Part shown: positions 1-13,037 of the stretch, piece after piece
Layout: every line of letters begins with the position of its first letter
Numbering within the stretch: position 1 is the stretch's first letter
Assembly (NCBI GenBank): GCA_051047955.1
Contig: JBPGPT010000015.1
Location: 62,001 to 126,000, forward strand
Origin: Cystobasidiomycetes sp. EMM_F5
Lineage: Eukaryota
DNA length: 64,000 nt
Reading direction: 5' to 3'
Position numbers and translations under genes: made by a program
Notes under the pieces: model-generated
The model's database searches: none
What the model was told of the DNA's origin: nothing
What the model saw: the letters and a program-made list of their open reading frames with translations, nothing else

Positions 1-528
1 GACATCGCTGGCAACAGCTGATTTCGGTCTCATGTTGCGACAATTCAGTCAGGGATGGAGACAAGAGGCCTAATAGCTAGAGGCATGACAGCGGTGTAAG
101 CAACTCTCTGTATTCATCTGCGTTTGCTTCTCCACTGAGACATTGAGGCAACGAAGCAAAAAGTATCTTGAGACCCAGCGAAGATCGGCTTCAGCGACAG
201 CTACGGGTAGAGTTACTGCGTCGCACTCCGCGCAGACGATAATAGCGGCTTCCGATAATCCCACCGCTGCCAAAACCCCACCGACGGCAAGCAAACGCCT
301 TCCCGGTACCGGGTATTTCACCGCTATAGGAGCGCAGAGAACGCCTGAAGGAGTCTACCGTATTCAAAACCTTAAAACGAAGGCAGCACTCTCAGGTCAA
401 CCTTCCTCAAGAATCCCGTCTGTCACATCTCAGGAGCGCAGCTCGCTTCCACCTCGCCACATACCTCCAGCTCAAACAGGTATTTCGCTGCTTCGAAGCT
501 TTCGCATTCTCGAGAGGACACCAAGGAA

Positions 529-1365
529 GTGGACGAATTAGAAAGCGATTCCGAAGATGACGCAACACAGGAGTCTTGCCCACAGGTAGACAGCGGCTAC
601 ATCGAGGCAAATCCCAGCATTAGTGAAGACTGGCGCAACGTATCAGCGGCATCGAGCACTAGATCAGGCGGACTCACAGAAACGCTCATGGGGAGCAAAA
701 ATGAGCACAATAAGCCAGCATATCCCCTGAAGTCAGCCTTACACAATGGGACTGCAAACACGTCAAGTGCGCTCACATGCACGGCAGTTGAGAAGAGCAA
801 AGAGAAGAGTATCGCCAGCACTACATTTGAGCGTTCCGATGCGTCTACTTCCCGTACCATAACGCCGGACCACAACAACGCTACCATCCTGCACAGTGAG
901 CAGAGCTCTGTTTTCCGATTTACGCGTGCATCTAGTCCGGCTGTTATACACAGCAGGGACTCGAATAGACATCCGCCGTCTAGATCACTCTCGGCAGCAG
1001 CAGAGACCTCATATAAGCTCGACGGAAAGCGAAGAACGCCAGAAAGTGACGATGAAGACGGTGAAGTGGTACCACAGAAGAAACAGAAGAAGGATCGAGA
1101 CGACGAAGACTTTACTATCAAAGTCATGGGAGTCCTCCGTTCGGCAGGACTGCACATCGGATTCCTCAAGCGCCTCTGTGACGCTGCCGCAACACCCGAT
1201 CCGCGCCTTGATGGGTCAGGTAATCAGAATGTTGTGACTTACGATGACGTTAGAAGTGACAAAGACACGGTGGACCTCTACAAAGCATCATCGGTAAGCA
1301 GATCGAGACGGCACATTCGATATCACGAACAGGTGAGACTGTCAGCGGAAGCAGGACGGAACTGA
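529..1365 (+). CDS. Hypothetical low-complexity Ser/Thr/acidic protein (possibly part of a spliced gene extending upstream)
   Basis: 278-aa ORF with disordered composition and an NLS-like stretch (PQKKQKK); no recognisable family. Confidence 0.4.
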   Translation: MDELESDSEDDATQESCPQVDSGYIEANPSISEDWRNVSAASSTRSGGLTETLMGSKNEHNKPAYPLKSALHNGTANTSSALTCTAVEKSKEKSIASTTFERSDASTSRTITPDHNNATILHSEQSSVFRFTRASSPAVIHSRDSNRHPPSRSLSAAAETSYKLDGKRRTPESDDEDGEVVPQKKQKKDRDDEDFTIKVMGVLRSAGLHIGFLKRLCDAAATPDPRLDGSGNQNVVTYDDVRSDKDTVDLYKASSVSRSRRHIRYHEQVRLSAEAGRN

Positions 1366-1663
1366 CAGGCATGTAAGGTAAGGAATGTGAAAGACGTGGA
1401 GACAAAAAGAAAGAAAGAGACGAAATTTTGAAAGGAGACGACCAGACAAAAAGGAACGAAGAGACGAAATGTGAACCTCGTGATGTCAACAACTTGGTGG
1501 CATGTGCTATTGCTTATGTCGAATATTGTAACCCAGAGTTCTTCGTAGTCCTACACCGTTTAGACGTTCCTAAATGCCATTATGCTCCGTTGCACGTAGA
1601 GGTCTTATCGTAAGGCAGCACGGCATGCTAGCTACAGTGACAATGCCACTTGTTTCCTTCAAC

Positions 1664-2414
1664 TTATCTCAATTTGGCAAAGAGTTTTGGCGCGGCCTGT
1701 AAAGTGAAGCATTGGTCAGCATCCTCGCTCCAACAAGTATCGCGAACATGCAGACGTACACATGTGTCCACACAGTGCATCAAGTGGACTGCATTCAGTT
1801 TCGGACAGACATCAGTACAGCTCGAAGTAAGCCGATAGTATCGTGTCCTGCTCACATAGCTCCTCGACGCAATCTTCGTTGTGGTGACCCTTGCCTGCGT
1901 TGACACGCTCGGAGCAGTGCTCAAAGTGATGCTTGATGTTGACACACTCTTTTGAATCGGCGCATTCTGTTTGTTACAGGTTCCCAGAGCGTGAGCGTAG
2001 AAAGTCAGCGTGGTCAGTCGCAAACCTGGCAGGCCAAGTTGAGCGCACTCTCTCTAATGGCCGGGTATTCCTGCAGTGGGATTTCAGTTCAGCTCATGCC
2101 CGTCCAGTACTACACGGTTATATTCTGCCTACATCTTCGGGCTCTTCCTCCTCTTCCTCCTCCTCGGCGGGAGCTTCCTCCTCACCGCCGTCCTCAGTCT
2201 CAGCATCGTCCTTGCTGTCCTTGCTATCAGACGAGTCCTCGCTGTCTGCTGATCCAGCGTCCTTATCCTCGCCCTTGCTGTCCGCGGTCGGTACCGCTAC
2301 TGCCGCTGGGGCATCGTCCTGCTCCTTGGGCTCGTCGGCTCTGGCTGACGGCAGCATCGATGTGAAGAAGCTGCTGAAGCTGTACAGTGCGGATGAGGCG
2401 TCGTCGCCGGCCAT
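1664..2414 (-). CDS. QCR6: Ubiquinol-cytochrome c reductase hinge protein (spliced)
   Basis: Acidic N-terminus (EEEEEEEEPED), then exons reading EYPAIRE / CADSKECVNIKHHFEHCSERVNAGKGHHNEDCVEEL / HLMHCVDTC / AAPKLFAKLR, the UCR_hinge pattern. Confidence 0.92.
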
Positions 2415-2602
2415 GCTTGCTGCTGCTTGAGGGTGTTGGGGGCTTTGAGCAGTCTCGGATAGGCCAAAGTCGAAAACGAGACTGGTCTCCGCCCGAAATC
2501 AGGCAAGTGGCGAACTAGGCAGCAGTATTACATACAGGCGACTGATCACTTCAGGCTGTCTGAGACTGCTACTACGCTGACTAGATGATGGACTCAGGCA
2601 GT

Positions 2603-5600
2603 TCACCCGCTCATGCTGCTGCATACCCCGTTCCTTCGAGACCACGACAGACGATAGCAAATGTTTCGGTCGACTCCCTTAGCTTCTTGAGACTGCGTGC
2701 ACTGTGTACACACATACTTTAAACGTGTGCTTGCTTTTCGCTGCGCGCAACTCACCTCATGATGCTCTTTGCGTAACGATCCTTGACTTCCTGGGAAACT
2801 CGATGCGAAGGGAATCCATTCTGTAGACAAACTCAGCTTGTGCAGCTGTTATGAACAGTATTGCATCATGCCCGTGATTTACCCTTGAAAAGGCTTCTTT
2901 CAGCCATACGCGCGTCTCATTCGGTAGTCTCCGCGAGAATGCTAGAAGCAATTCTGCAAGATAGCCGAGATTGCTGCGAGGTAGTTTGCCTCCAACTCCA
3001 GCCAAGGTCAACTCAAGAGCGACACGGCCATAGCTTTGCATCATGGCCAGAAAGAAGCCGGACGAAACCTTCTCCGATGCCGCCTCATTCGTCAAAGCGG
3101 TCTGCGGTAATGTTTAGCTCGATATTTCTCAGCCCGGAGCGTAAGTGACGAACGAGCAGTTGAATTGACTTCTGAAGGCCGACTCTTTCTTGGACCTCTA
3201 GCGCTTGTATTGCGGTCTTCAAAACGGCTTCCACGGCATCTGGCAGCGTGTACAGGATAGAGGCGAAAGACGTCAAAGCCGACATGGCGAAATCCATGAA
3301 GCACTGCACAACGTCTGGATTATGTTCCATTGCTAAAAGGAACGAGTTCAGTCTTTCAGAATTCGCTTCGCACAGCCTGAGCACGCACCAGCCAGACTCG
3401 GCAATGTGTGAATACCCACACCAAGTCCGCGATTGATCGCATCTCGTACAGCTGCACTGTCCTCCATACTCAGTTCTTGTCTACCTAAGCGGAACAGTAA
3501 CAAGCTAGTAATGCCAAACCATACAGCAGTCGCTTCGCTTTCGAGCAAGCTTGCCAATACAGACAGAAGCGGGACGGGATTGAGCGATAACGGAGTGGCG
3601 AGGTTGGTAGCCGTACAAGCCTTGAGGAAGTCTGAGAGAGCTTGAGATACCTCTGCATCGCCTCGGTATGTGGAAGACAGCACGCTGATGGCTTCTAGCA
3701 GATGGACGCGCAACCGTTCAACACGGGGATCAATTTGCACTTGCTTTGCCTTTGCAACTTCATCTGTCGCATCAGCCAGGCCATCAAGGGAGAGGATCTC
3801 GTCTTCCGGCTCGGAAAGAGACTTTGCGCACGCTGTGAGAGAAGCCAGCTGCAGCATACTGATCTGTCGAGCCTCGTCCTGTAAAGAACGTAAGCGGTGA
3901 CCATGCCAGAATTACTGTGCTCTTACACGTGGCGCGGACGCAAGCGCACTGCCAAGCTTCGAGATAGAGTTTTCGACCAGTGTCTGCATGACGATTGGTA
4001 AGGATTACGTTGCTTCTCCAGTGAGAATGAGCTTACGACTACTGGAGCGACTAGCTCGTCAGCAGGAAGGGCTTGTATGACAGCAGCGACGCTACCGAGC
4101 ACTTTCACGAAATCGGCGTCCTGCCATGTGCGGCGTATTCAGATCGAGCAGCTGAGCAGAACGAGCAGCGCTTCTCACCGGAATCTGACCTTCCAGATTG
4201 CGAACCAGGTCCGCGAAAGAGGCAACATGCCCGGTCAGGTCCTTCCGGCATGCATCACATAGGGCGGACAAAGCTCGGGCGGCATTTTGCGAGGCCGAAG
4301 GATCCGATAAACAGGTTACTGTTGCCTGAACTGCTTGTAGTAGAGATGTTGGGTTAGACTTATACCATGGAGCATACGCGCCTGTGAGACAGTACAATAT
4401 TGGTTTTACAATGACGATCAGCCTTGAGGTTATGGACTCTGCTTGTGACTGATTGCTCACCTATCAAGTGTAGAATCGTGCGACGCAGCTGCACCGTGTC
4501 TGGCGTAGTTGCTCCGGAGAAGACGGAGAATAGATTGCCTTGAAACAAAATCTGCAAGAACTCATCCTCGTCCTCTGGAACAGCCTCATGAATAGTCGCG
4601 ATACAGAAGCAGATGCTCTCCAGATCTTCCGTACTGGATGCTGTATCGTTCTCTAATTGTCTACTGACTTTGGAGACTAGTGTTTCTAGCATGGGATTGC
4701 GTAGAACATAGTAAGAATTGATGAGGGCATCGCCAAGGTCTGTACGGTATTTCTGGAAGGTTTGCTTGATATCTGTGTAGCAACCACGTCAGGCTGGTGC
4801 GATTAACTCTGTTTCTCAGCATACCCTTCGGCCATGTGATGAATTCAGCCCGAGAGGGCAAAGTCGCCTTGCGGCACAACCCTTCGACTAGCGTATCAAA
4901 TACCTCCTTGACAGTCGCCCAACGTGGGTCCCCGAACCCGCTCTGCGTGGCTACAATCCCATTGTCGGTAATTTCCTCTTGCAAGTACGCCCATATAGGA
5001 AGCCCGAGATCACTGATGTTCTCGTCTTGACCATAGTACCCAGGAAAGCATGTGAGCATGTGCAATCGCTGTAGCAGTATAATAGATTGCGGAGAAGTGA
5101 GATTGGCTATGACTTGCGTGTATGAGTGTTCGAGAAGCGCTACGAGTAGCTTGAAAAGGGCTAGCGATATCTCATCCACATCTCCTTCTGTAACCTCACA
5201 AACAAGTTAGGATGGACAACTGCGAATAGTACAATCGATGACCTCCACGCACCCTGACAACTTCGTTCCAATATACTACCGACTTCAGGAGTCGTGCAGA
5301 ATTCAATTAACGGAGACACTCGTGTTTCGGTTGCAAACGCCATATCCATGATGATGTCTTCAGCACAGGAGCAAGCGTTTACACATGTATCTTCGTTTGG
5401 CAACAGCGCAATGACAAGTGGATATAAGTCGCCTAGGAGGCTACGGCAATTAAGCTTACGTCATTTCCCTACGATTTACTAGTCCACTCACTTTCGATTA
5501 AAATCCCTCTTCGCTACCCAACTTTGCAGACATTTCAAAGCAGCGTTGAGCTCGGCTGCCTTCGTAGGACCAGTGGTAGACAGCGATTCGAAGATCGTGC

Positions 5601-6470
5601 GAGCAACAGCTGGTGCAGCGTCAGATATCACCTGATCATACTGCACTCTAAAATGGAAAGCGATGCGTCTGAGGTGGACATTAAGCTCGGAGGAAGGAGG
5701 TCACTCACCGTTTGCCGCCGACTAAATCCGCTCTCCCAACCTCCTCGATAGCCAATGACAAGAATTCGTATATCCCGGTGCGCGAACATCCGCTCGAAGA
5801 CAAGCGGGAAATAGTTTCCAAAAGCCAATTCGGCCAAGTGACTGGAGCTAACCGGAACGAGAGGCTTGTTATCTGGAGAAATGCGGTCATCAACTGGTTT
5901 CTGCACGAGCAATACTCCTTACGGCCACAGCCAGCTTGCGCATAACAATCCGCTCGCCAGATACAGCAACTGCCGCTTCGACAGGATAGGCAGATGCAGC
6001 ACTGGCCGCTAGCCAGCTAAGTAACGCATCTTTTAAAGATAGCCAGTCAGATTCCTGCAATGTCGTCCAGTCTCTCGAGATTTTGACAGTAAGGGTATGC
6101 GCGCCGAAGAAGCGGACGTTAATATCCTGCAATATGTGTAAGAGGATGTCACCTGTATATCAAAAGCGATACTTTGGGCCGCACAGGATCTGCTCCAGAG
6201 AGTAATTGACCACCGAGAGCCCATCCTTCCTGCAGCTGTTGTGATCTGAAGAGCGTCTGCTGCAATTGCCGTTGTTCTTCGAGCTATTGTCAACGAAATA
6301 CGGGTCAGCAGGATGACAATGCGCAAGACCGCGGTAATCAATGCACGAACGCTCGGAGGTGTCGCACTCAGATCATGCAGCCTGTGGATTATCTGGTCGA
6401 GCTGTGCCGTCAGCTGGATGTTTGCGAGGACCAGGCCATTTTACGCGTCAACAAACCTGGGCAACATGGC
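2603..6470 (-). CDS. Importin-beta family karyopherin, importin-13/transportin-SR-like (multi-exon, ends approximate)
   Basis: IBN_N-like DINVRFFGAHTLTVKISRDW; Xpo1-like segment; FPGYYGQDENISDLGLPIWAYLQE; helical repeats across many exons. Confidence 0.8.
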
Positions 6471-6642
6471 CAGCATCCGCCAGATTCGCTTCATTCATGC
6501 TACCGTTCATACTTCAATCCTGGCCCGCATGTTGAAATGTTGTGGTACAAGAAGTAACAAAAGCACTTTATCAAGATTCGTACGTTTGACCAATGTCTAC
6601 TTTTAGCAATTGCTGACTAGCAGGTAGTATTTTTCACCTCAT

Positions 6643-8590
6643 CTACGCACTCCATTGACGGAAGAGATCGACAGCAATACCGGCATCTCTGAAGACTTGT
6701 CTGCCTACCGGACCGAAATCAGCGGCACCTCGTCTAGTAAGCTCCAGCAATATGTCCATTGTCGATACCCTGGCAAGATATACCTGGACCGAGTCTGTCG
6801 AATGGAAGGTTACTCTGGCAAGCGGAAGCGGTGCCTGCTGTTGTTCCCTGACTTGTCCACTGTTGGCAGTTTTGGCTTTCTTTGACGGTCGCGCAACATC
6901 AGGGGACGTGGTAGTTTCCATACGTCGCTTTCCATTTGTAGAGGCGGCAGAGGTTGAAGCGACAGGCTGTGCCGGCCGTTGACTGTTGGTGTTGATCGCA
7001 GCCTTGATTGAAGGAGCCGAGGTGTTTGCAACAGCACGCTTGCCTTTGGCCGCTGTCTCGGCCTCTTCCTCCTCGTCAGCGTTCTCAGCTTCGCTGTCAA
7101 GGACCTCGTCAACCTCCCTCGCCTTGCCCTTGGCAGCCCGTGTTGGAGGAGCACGCGAAATCGTCTGAGATGATGCCGCGGGCACAGCTGCAGCTGTAGT
7201 GGCCCTATTGTCAGCGACTTCCTCCTCCTCCGAGTCATCGGAGTCGGAGTCGTCATCAGAGTCGTCATGCGATTCGCTATCACCAGAGTGCTGGGGGACA
7301 GTCGCAATGTTGCCAGATGTCGTAGCGGAAATGACGTTGGCAGGCGCAGCGGTAGCACCATCGTCCGAATCATCCAAATCGTCATCGGAGTCAGAGTCAG
7401 AATCTGAGTCTGAATCTGAATCTGAATCAGAATGGGGCTGGCTAGCTTGTGCTGCAGGGACAGACGCCTTGGCGGGCGCAGCGGCCGTTTTGGGAGGTTG
7501 AGATTTGGCAGTTGGAGCAGCGGCAGCAGATGGCCGAGAGCTGCTAGTATTGGCTTGTTGCGTTGACGGCCCAACAAGCATTCTAGAGGTATGTGCAGCT
7601 CGATTGGCAGGTCCCCGCAGAGCGTTGGTTTTAGCGGCCGCCATGATCTTGGCTTTCGACATTCCACTAGAGCCGGATGCTGGTTCAGCCACAGAGGCAG
7701 ACTCTTGCGAGTCTGAACTAGGCTTGGTTTTCGCGCGCGTTCGCGAGCTGACGGCAGGAGATTCGCTGCGGCGGGAGTTCGGGGTGACGAGGGCCGAAGG
7801 TGTAAAGACTCTTGTAGCCGGTCGGGGTGGGTACAGTGTGGGGCGCAGGGGGCATCCAGATATATACTCTTTTCTGTAAAAGAGACCACTGACATATTAG
7901 CGTCTCATCGGAGTGAGCAAAAATCTCGTTGCGCACATTGCGGCTACTCCCAGCTGGATAACCTCCTCTGCGTGCTCTTCCGACTGGCTTGTAAAGGTTA
8001 GGTTTGAACAACGAGCGAATCATTCTGCATACCTCGATTTTGCCTCTTGGTCTTATTTTTCTGGTGATCACAACGGCACATCAGCACGCATTAGGCGTAG
8101 ACAGGATGTATTTCGCCAGGACGTACTTTCTCCAGCCACACCGCTTGAGGAAACTGACTGCTTTGTGCGTCTCGTCGAAATTATCGGCCAACACAGTATC
8201 GGTGAATGCGCGGTGGAGGACGTCGTCACACAGTTTGCAGATGGTGATTACTCTACTGGCGCATTCGTCCTCTGACCATCCGCGTATGCTTATGACCCGA
8301 GTCCACTCTGTTCTCGGTATCAGGTTGTGCACTACCAGATGGTTGAGCGGGTCGGAGGTAGCTGTACGGACGTCGACGCGGCAGACGGTGCACGGTTTGA
8401 GCGCAGCGGGACGGCGTGAGTGGGCTGAGGCAGCGTGTGCTAAAAGTGGACTAGAAAGCTGCTCGACCTTGACGCCAGCCGTGGATTAGCTGTTGTCATT
8501 GCAGTTGGCATCGTCCAGTGCGTCGGTGCAGAATGCCGTGCACCCCGTCGAACGCCTGCAGGGGGTCTGTGCACTCGTCGCGACCTTCAT
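6643..8590 (-). CDS. Orphan protein with degenerate HNH-like zinc-finger domain and long disordered Ser/Asp/Ala-rich tail (paralogue B)
   Basis: CTVC...VHNLIPRTEW...ICKLCDDVLHRAFT...GWRK at about 8130-8395; GT-AG introns appear to link it to the 349-aa low-complexity ORF 6643-7692; start uncertain. Confidence 0.55.
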
Positions 8591-8709
8591 GTACGAACGC
8601 AGATTGCATTGTAACATGCGTCGGAAAGACTAGTTGAAGCAGAGGTTGTCGGGAATTAAAGAATGACTAGTAACTGACTGATTACCGGTTCACAATATCT
8701 ACTCATCCT

Positions 8710-10195
8710 TCACAGATCATCCTCACTGCAACTGTCACTGACGTAGTCGTCATCATCACTATCGCTGTCGCCGTCCTCCTCGCTGGGTATAAATTCGCCA
8801 TCTTTGTCCTCTTTGTCCACGTCTCCACCTCGTGCCTTCATTCTCTGCCTGTCTCGGCGCTTGTTCCGCTTCTGACGGAGCTTCTGCTCGTACCGAAACT
8901 GCGCCTTCTTTCCCCTCTCTACAGGAGCAACCACTCGCTGCTGTGGCCTCGGAGGTTTCTCTTCAGCATCAGAGATGTCACGCTCCACTACTTTACGCTT
9001 TTTGGCCACGACTTCCACATCCTCTCCTGCTCGACTTCGCTTTCTGCTCGATGCAAGGTGAGTCTTTGTTTTTGAGGGTGCGACATGCATGCAATCGTCC
9101 TCTTCGCTATCTTCACTGTCTGACACTATAGCTCGACGCTTGTTAGACTGGCTTGTGGTGTATTTCGCTCGAGTGGGTTGCGAAGGAATGTCTTCTTCGC
9201 TCGATGAAATGTCAATAATGACACTCGCTTCAGCCCGCCTTGCTCTCGGAGTGCGAGGGGAGGCGCGTAAGGGTTCTGCTGCCTTTGCCGCGGTTATTGG
9301 CTCTTTTGTAGACTTTGGATCAAGAAGAGTAGTCGCTGCAGCTTTGGCAGACACGGACTCGCCGTCCGGCCTAAAAGTAGACGTAGCCTTCGTGATGGAT
9401 TGCTGGAGTCTTGCCAACTCGGCTTGCAGAAGAGAGTGGGTTTCCATCAAGGTATCAAAGAATTTCCGCTGTGCAATGTCGAGCGAAGTCATGAAGGTAT
9501 CTAGGGTATGCGGAACGTTTTGCTGGTGCTTCGAGGGCTTCGGTCTATACAATCATAGGCATGGAAGGTTAGTCACGTCGACCAAACTTGTGACACAATC
9601 GATACTCACGCTGCCAAGGGATTTTTACTCAGATACTTCTTCCTATATTATTGATCAGCACTGTCCGTTTCCCAGCTTTCCTTGCTCACATCTTCCTTGC
9701 TCCTTCCTGCTTGGCTTGTTTAGCCGGATGAGCGTCCTAAGCGGGGATATAATGTGTTTGCAAGGTTTTGAGCGGAGAAAGTGAATTGAAAGTACCTTCA
9801 AGAACACCTGAGGTCGTATCCTGCTCAGTTTGAATCATTCAGCACTGCTTTTGTCGCTTTTCTCTCGCATAATCTTCTGCTCACGCTTTCCAGCCGATAG
9901 CACCGAGTACCTTGCTCAAAGCACGCGTGGTAAACAAATAGTCTGCAAGCTGTCGATTCGTAAAGAATTGGTGGATAGCATCGTGGCACAAGCGGCACAG
10001 GATGACGAGGTTGTGGTCGCACTGCTTTGCCGTAAACTTGCCAGCCTTGATGACCCGAATGTGTTCGGATTTTGGGATGAGGTGATGGACATCTGCGCGA
10101 TTCAAGTCGGGACCGCCGATACGCTGGGCCAGAACATCGCACAGTGGGCACTCGTGAAAGGTTCCCGGATGCTCTGGTAGCAGCTTTTGCGGCAT
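8710..10195 (-). CDS. HNH endonuclease-like zinc-finger protein with coiled-coil/basic-acidic tail (paralogue A)
   Basis: CPLC...VHHLIPKSEH...HNLVILCRLCHDAIHQFFTNRQLA (9881-10195); four GT-AG introns join it to ORF 8710-9552. Confidence 0.7.
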
Positions 10196-10392
10196 TGCGA
10201 CTGTTGGAGTGTCCGTAGGGAGCCACTTGGTAGCTGCCAGGCGTTTTACGCGAGCTCAAGCCGCTCTATTTACAACCGATTGCGCGGTGAGGCTGGTTAT
10301 GCAATCATGGTTCATGATTTAATGGATCCTGAACGCTCATGACATCCCCATACCCTAAGCAAAATTAGACGTTGACGAACAGCAACCCAGCC

Positions 10393-12762
10393 ATGGTGTT
10401 TTTACGCGAGACGGCCTTCTCGCCACCGCGACCACGTATCCCCAAAGGCAAGGGCAAAGAAGTGCATTCAGATTCAAATGCAAAGGAAGACAGAGGTGGT
10501 TCGCCGCTTCCCGGAATTGCCGCTCCCGTGGCCGGCAAGAAACGCAAGGCTCTCGAACCGCCGCCCGAATCACTGTTACACAGGTTGGCTGGACCAAGCA
10601 CAAATAAAGCGGGATTGAAGCGAGAGTAGGTATTGTACGATTGACTTTAGCTCGACATATCGTTAACTCGCTCGCGATTGCTGCAGTCCGCAAGAAGTCC
10701 GCAACATTATCTATGAATCTGTTCGTATAAAATGCGGTTGTCTCGTCATAAGGATGATAATAAGCCTGACGTACATCTTTGATGCTATCAGAGTCGCGGC
10801 GGTCATTATTTCAACAATGAAGAGCGGAAAGACGAGATTCTTACGGCTCAAATAGGAGTAGCTATGAAGAAACTGGAAGATTCAATCAAGGCAAGAGGTG
10901 GTGACCTGTCCAGTGACGAGCGTAAGGCGGATCGCATCATATCTGAGCAGGAGAGTCGGCGAAACCTCAGCCAGTATATCTGTGTTGTCGATTGTGATGC
11001 TTTTTACGCCTCGGTCGAGGAGCTGGATAATCCAGAGCTCAAGGGCAAGCCCTTTGGAGTGGGGGAAGGGGTACTTACCACTGCTAGCTACGAGGCAAGA
11101 AAATTTGGATGCGTGAGCGATCTCTCACTCCTTCCTGTCTTTTCAAACTGTTTATGGGGTTTTCTGGGACATGCAGCGGTCCGCGATGCCAGGGTACATC
11201 GCCAAGAAGCTTTGTCCGGATCTCATCTTCGTGAAGCTCGATTTTACCAAGTATACAGCGGCTTCGAAGAAGGTCATGGAAGTTTTGGCAAGATACGGTG
11301 AGGCTTGGGTGCGAACCCGGATATTCAGTATAACTGAGCAGCGGCGCACAGACCCAAATTTAGCACCGGCGTCTCTCGATGAAGCATATATGAACCTGAC
11401 GGCCTTCATCAAGCGGACTGGTATGATGGCTGACGCCGCGGTACAACAGATGCGGGAGGAAGTTAAGACCGAGACGGGACTGACTGTCAGTGCCGGAGTC
11501 GGTGCGAACACCATGCTCGCCAAAATTGCTGCAGATTTTAACAAGCCGGACGGGCAATATATCGTTGCCCCGATACCAGAAGCTTGTAGGAGCTTTATGC
11601 AGGATCTCTCTGTTCGCAAAATACCCGGAGTAGGTGACATGTGAGAGGAATGTTGAAGTAATGCTCATCATGCTTATGCAGATTGGTCGTGTCACGGAGC
11701 GCTGGCTCGAAGCGCTGGGCGTCGTACACTGTCGTGACATCTATACACTGCGCGGCAAGCTGGTAATCGCAAAGGGAGAAGCTGGAGCAACGGGGCTACT
11801 AAGAGCGTATCTAGGAATCGGCAACAATGTTGTGGAGCGTGGCAAGAGAGAAGATCGACGCGGTGTCGGGCACGAGACTACATTTTCCACGCTGTACAAG
11901 CCTGCCGACTTGGAAGCAAAACTGCGGGAGATTGCCGATAGCCTAGCAGAGGACCTAGCACGATCCCAGTATTCTGGACGAACTCTGACCCTGTAAGTCA
12001 TGTAACATCGGCGGCGTTCGTATTGTTGACTTGGCATTGACCGTCTAATGCTATAGAAAGCTCAAGCTGGAGACCTACGAAGTATTATCGCGAGCGTATT
12101 CTTTCGACACAGGCCAGACGATATCTTCAGCCGATGATTTATTCAAATATGGCAAACAGCTTTTGGACAATGAAGTGGCTGTACGTGCTCAGCATTTTGA
12201 CGAGGGGAAGCCAATCAAGGGCAAAGGGCGAGATATGAGACTCAGATTGATGGGGCTTAAGGTGTCCAATCTCACCGACGAATCCTCCGAAGCCCAGCAG
12301 AAAAGGCATGGCAAGGGGACTTTACATCAGTGGACGCAAAAAGCCAACAAATCGAGTGGTTCATTGAACAAGGTCAAAGGGGTCGAGGACCTGTCTCCTA
12401 TCGATTTGACTCTCATGGATGATTCTGGCGACGAGTCGGACGGTTTCGAGGAGATTTTCCTGGAGTCGGCGCCCTGCCCGCACTGTCGGAAAACAGTTCC
12501 ATACGCAAATGATGCTTTCAACGACCATGTCACGCAATGCGGTACTTCGGGACGCAGCACGAACACTCCCGGACTGGTCGAAGACCCTGCCGTGATCGAC
12601 CTTTCCATGTCATCGCAGCCTGAAGTACTCACGGTGCAAACTTTCAACAGCAAATCGAATGACGTACCTGGTAAACCGCTCAAAAGGAAAAAAGAGAGTG
12701 GTAAAGCAGCTGGAGATGCCTTTACCAAAATGATGAGGAATAGCAGCAAGGCCAAGGCTTAG
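10393..12762 (+). CDS. POLK: Y-family DNA polymerase kappa (DinB) with C-terminal UBZ-like zinc finger
   Basis: VVDCDAFYASVE, LTTASYEARKFG, ASLDEAY, KIAADFNKPDGQ, VRKIPGVG, LRLMGLKVSNL; CPHC...HVTQC. Confidence 0.95.
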
Positions 12763-13037
12763 GAAGTACCGCGACGCATCGCTTGTGCAGAGAAGCGCTA
12801 GCAGCCGGGAGCGACGCAATCCGCCATGTGCATACGATCAGGCCAGTACAAGCGTGCACCAGTGCTAGCCTTGAAGCTACGCGTGGATTGTTGTGACACA
12901 TGCTAAAGCAGACTAGTACTTGAATCGCGCAAAGCGGACAGCGGAATCGTCTCACTGCTGAATTGGTTCATATCTCGAATGCGACAACGATAGTATAACA
13001 CTAACTGAGCATAACTGATAATTGATGATCTGATGTT

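Noticed and set aside
7381..7432. Hexamer repeat (GAATCT/GAGTCA-like)
   Set aside because: Coding Asp-Ser repeat; no spacers, so not CRISPR or a satellite
6810..7895. 361-aa alternative-frame ORF
   Set aside because: Shadow frame of the low-complexity ORF 6643-7692
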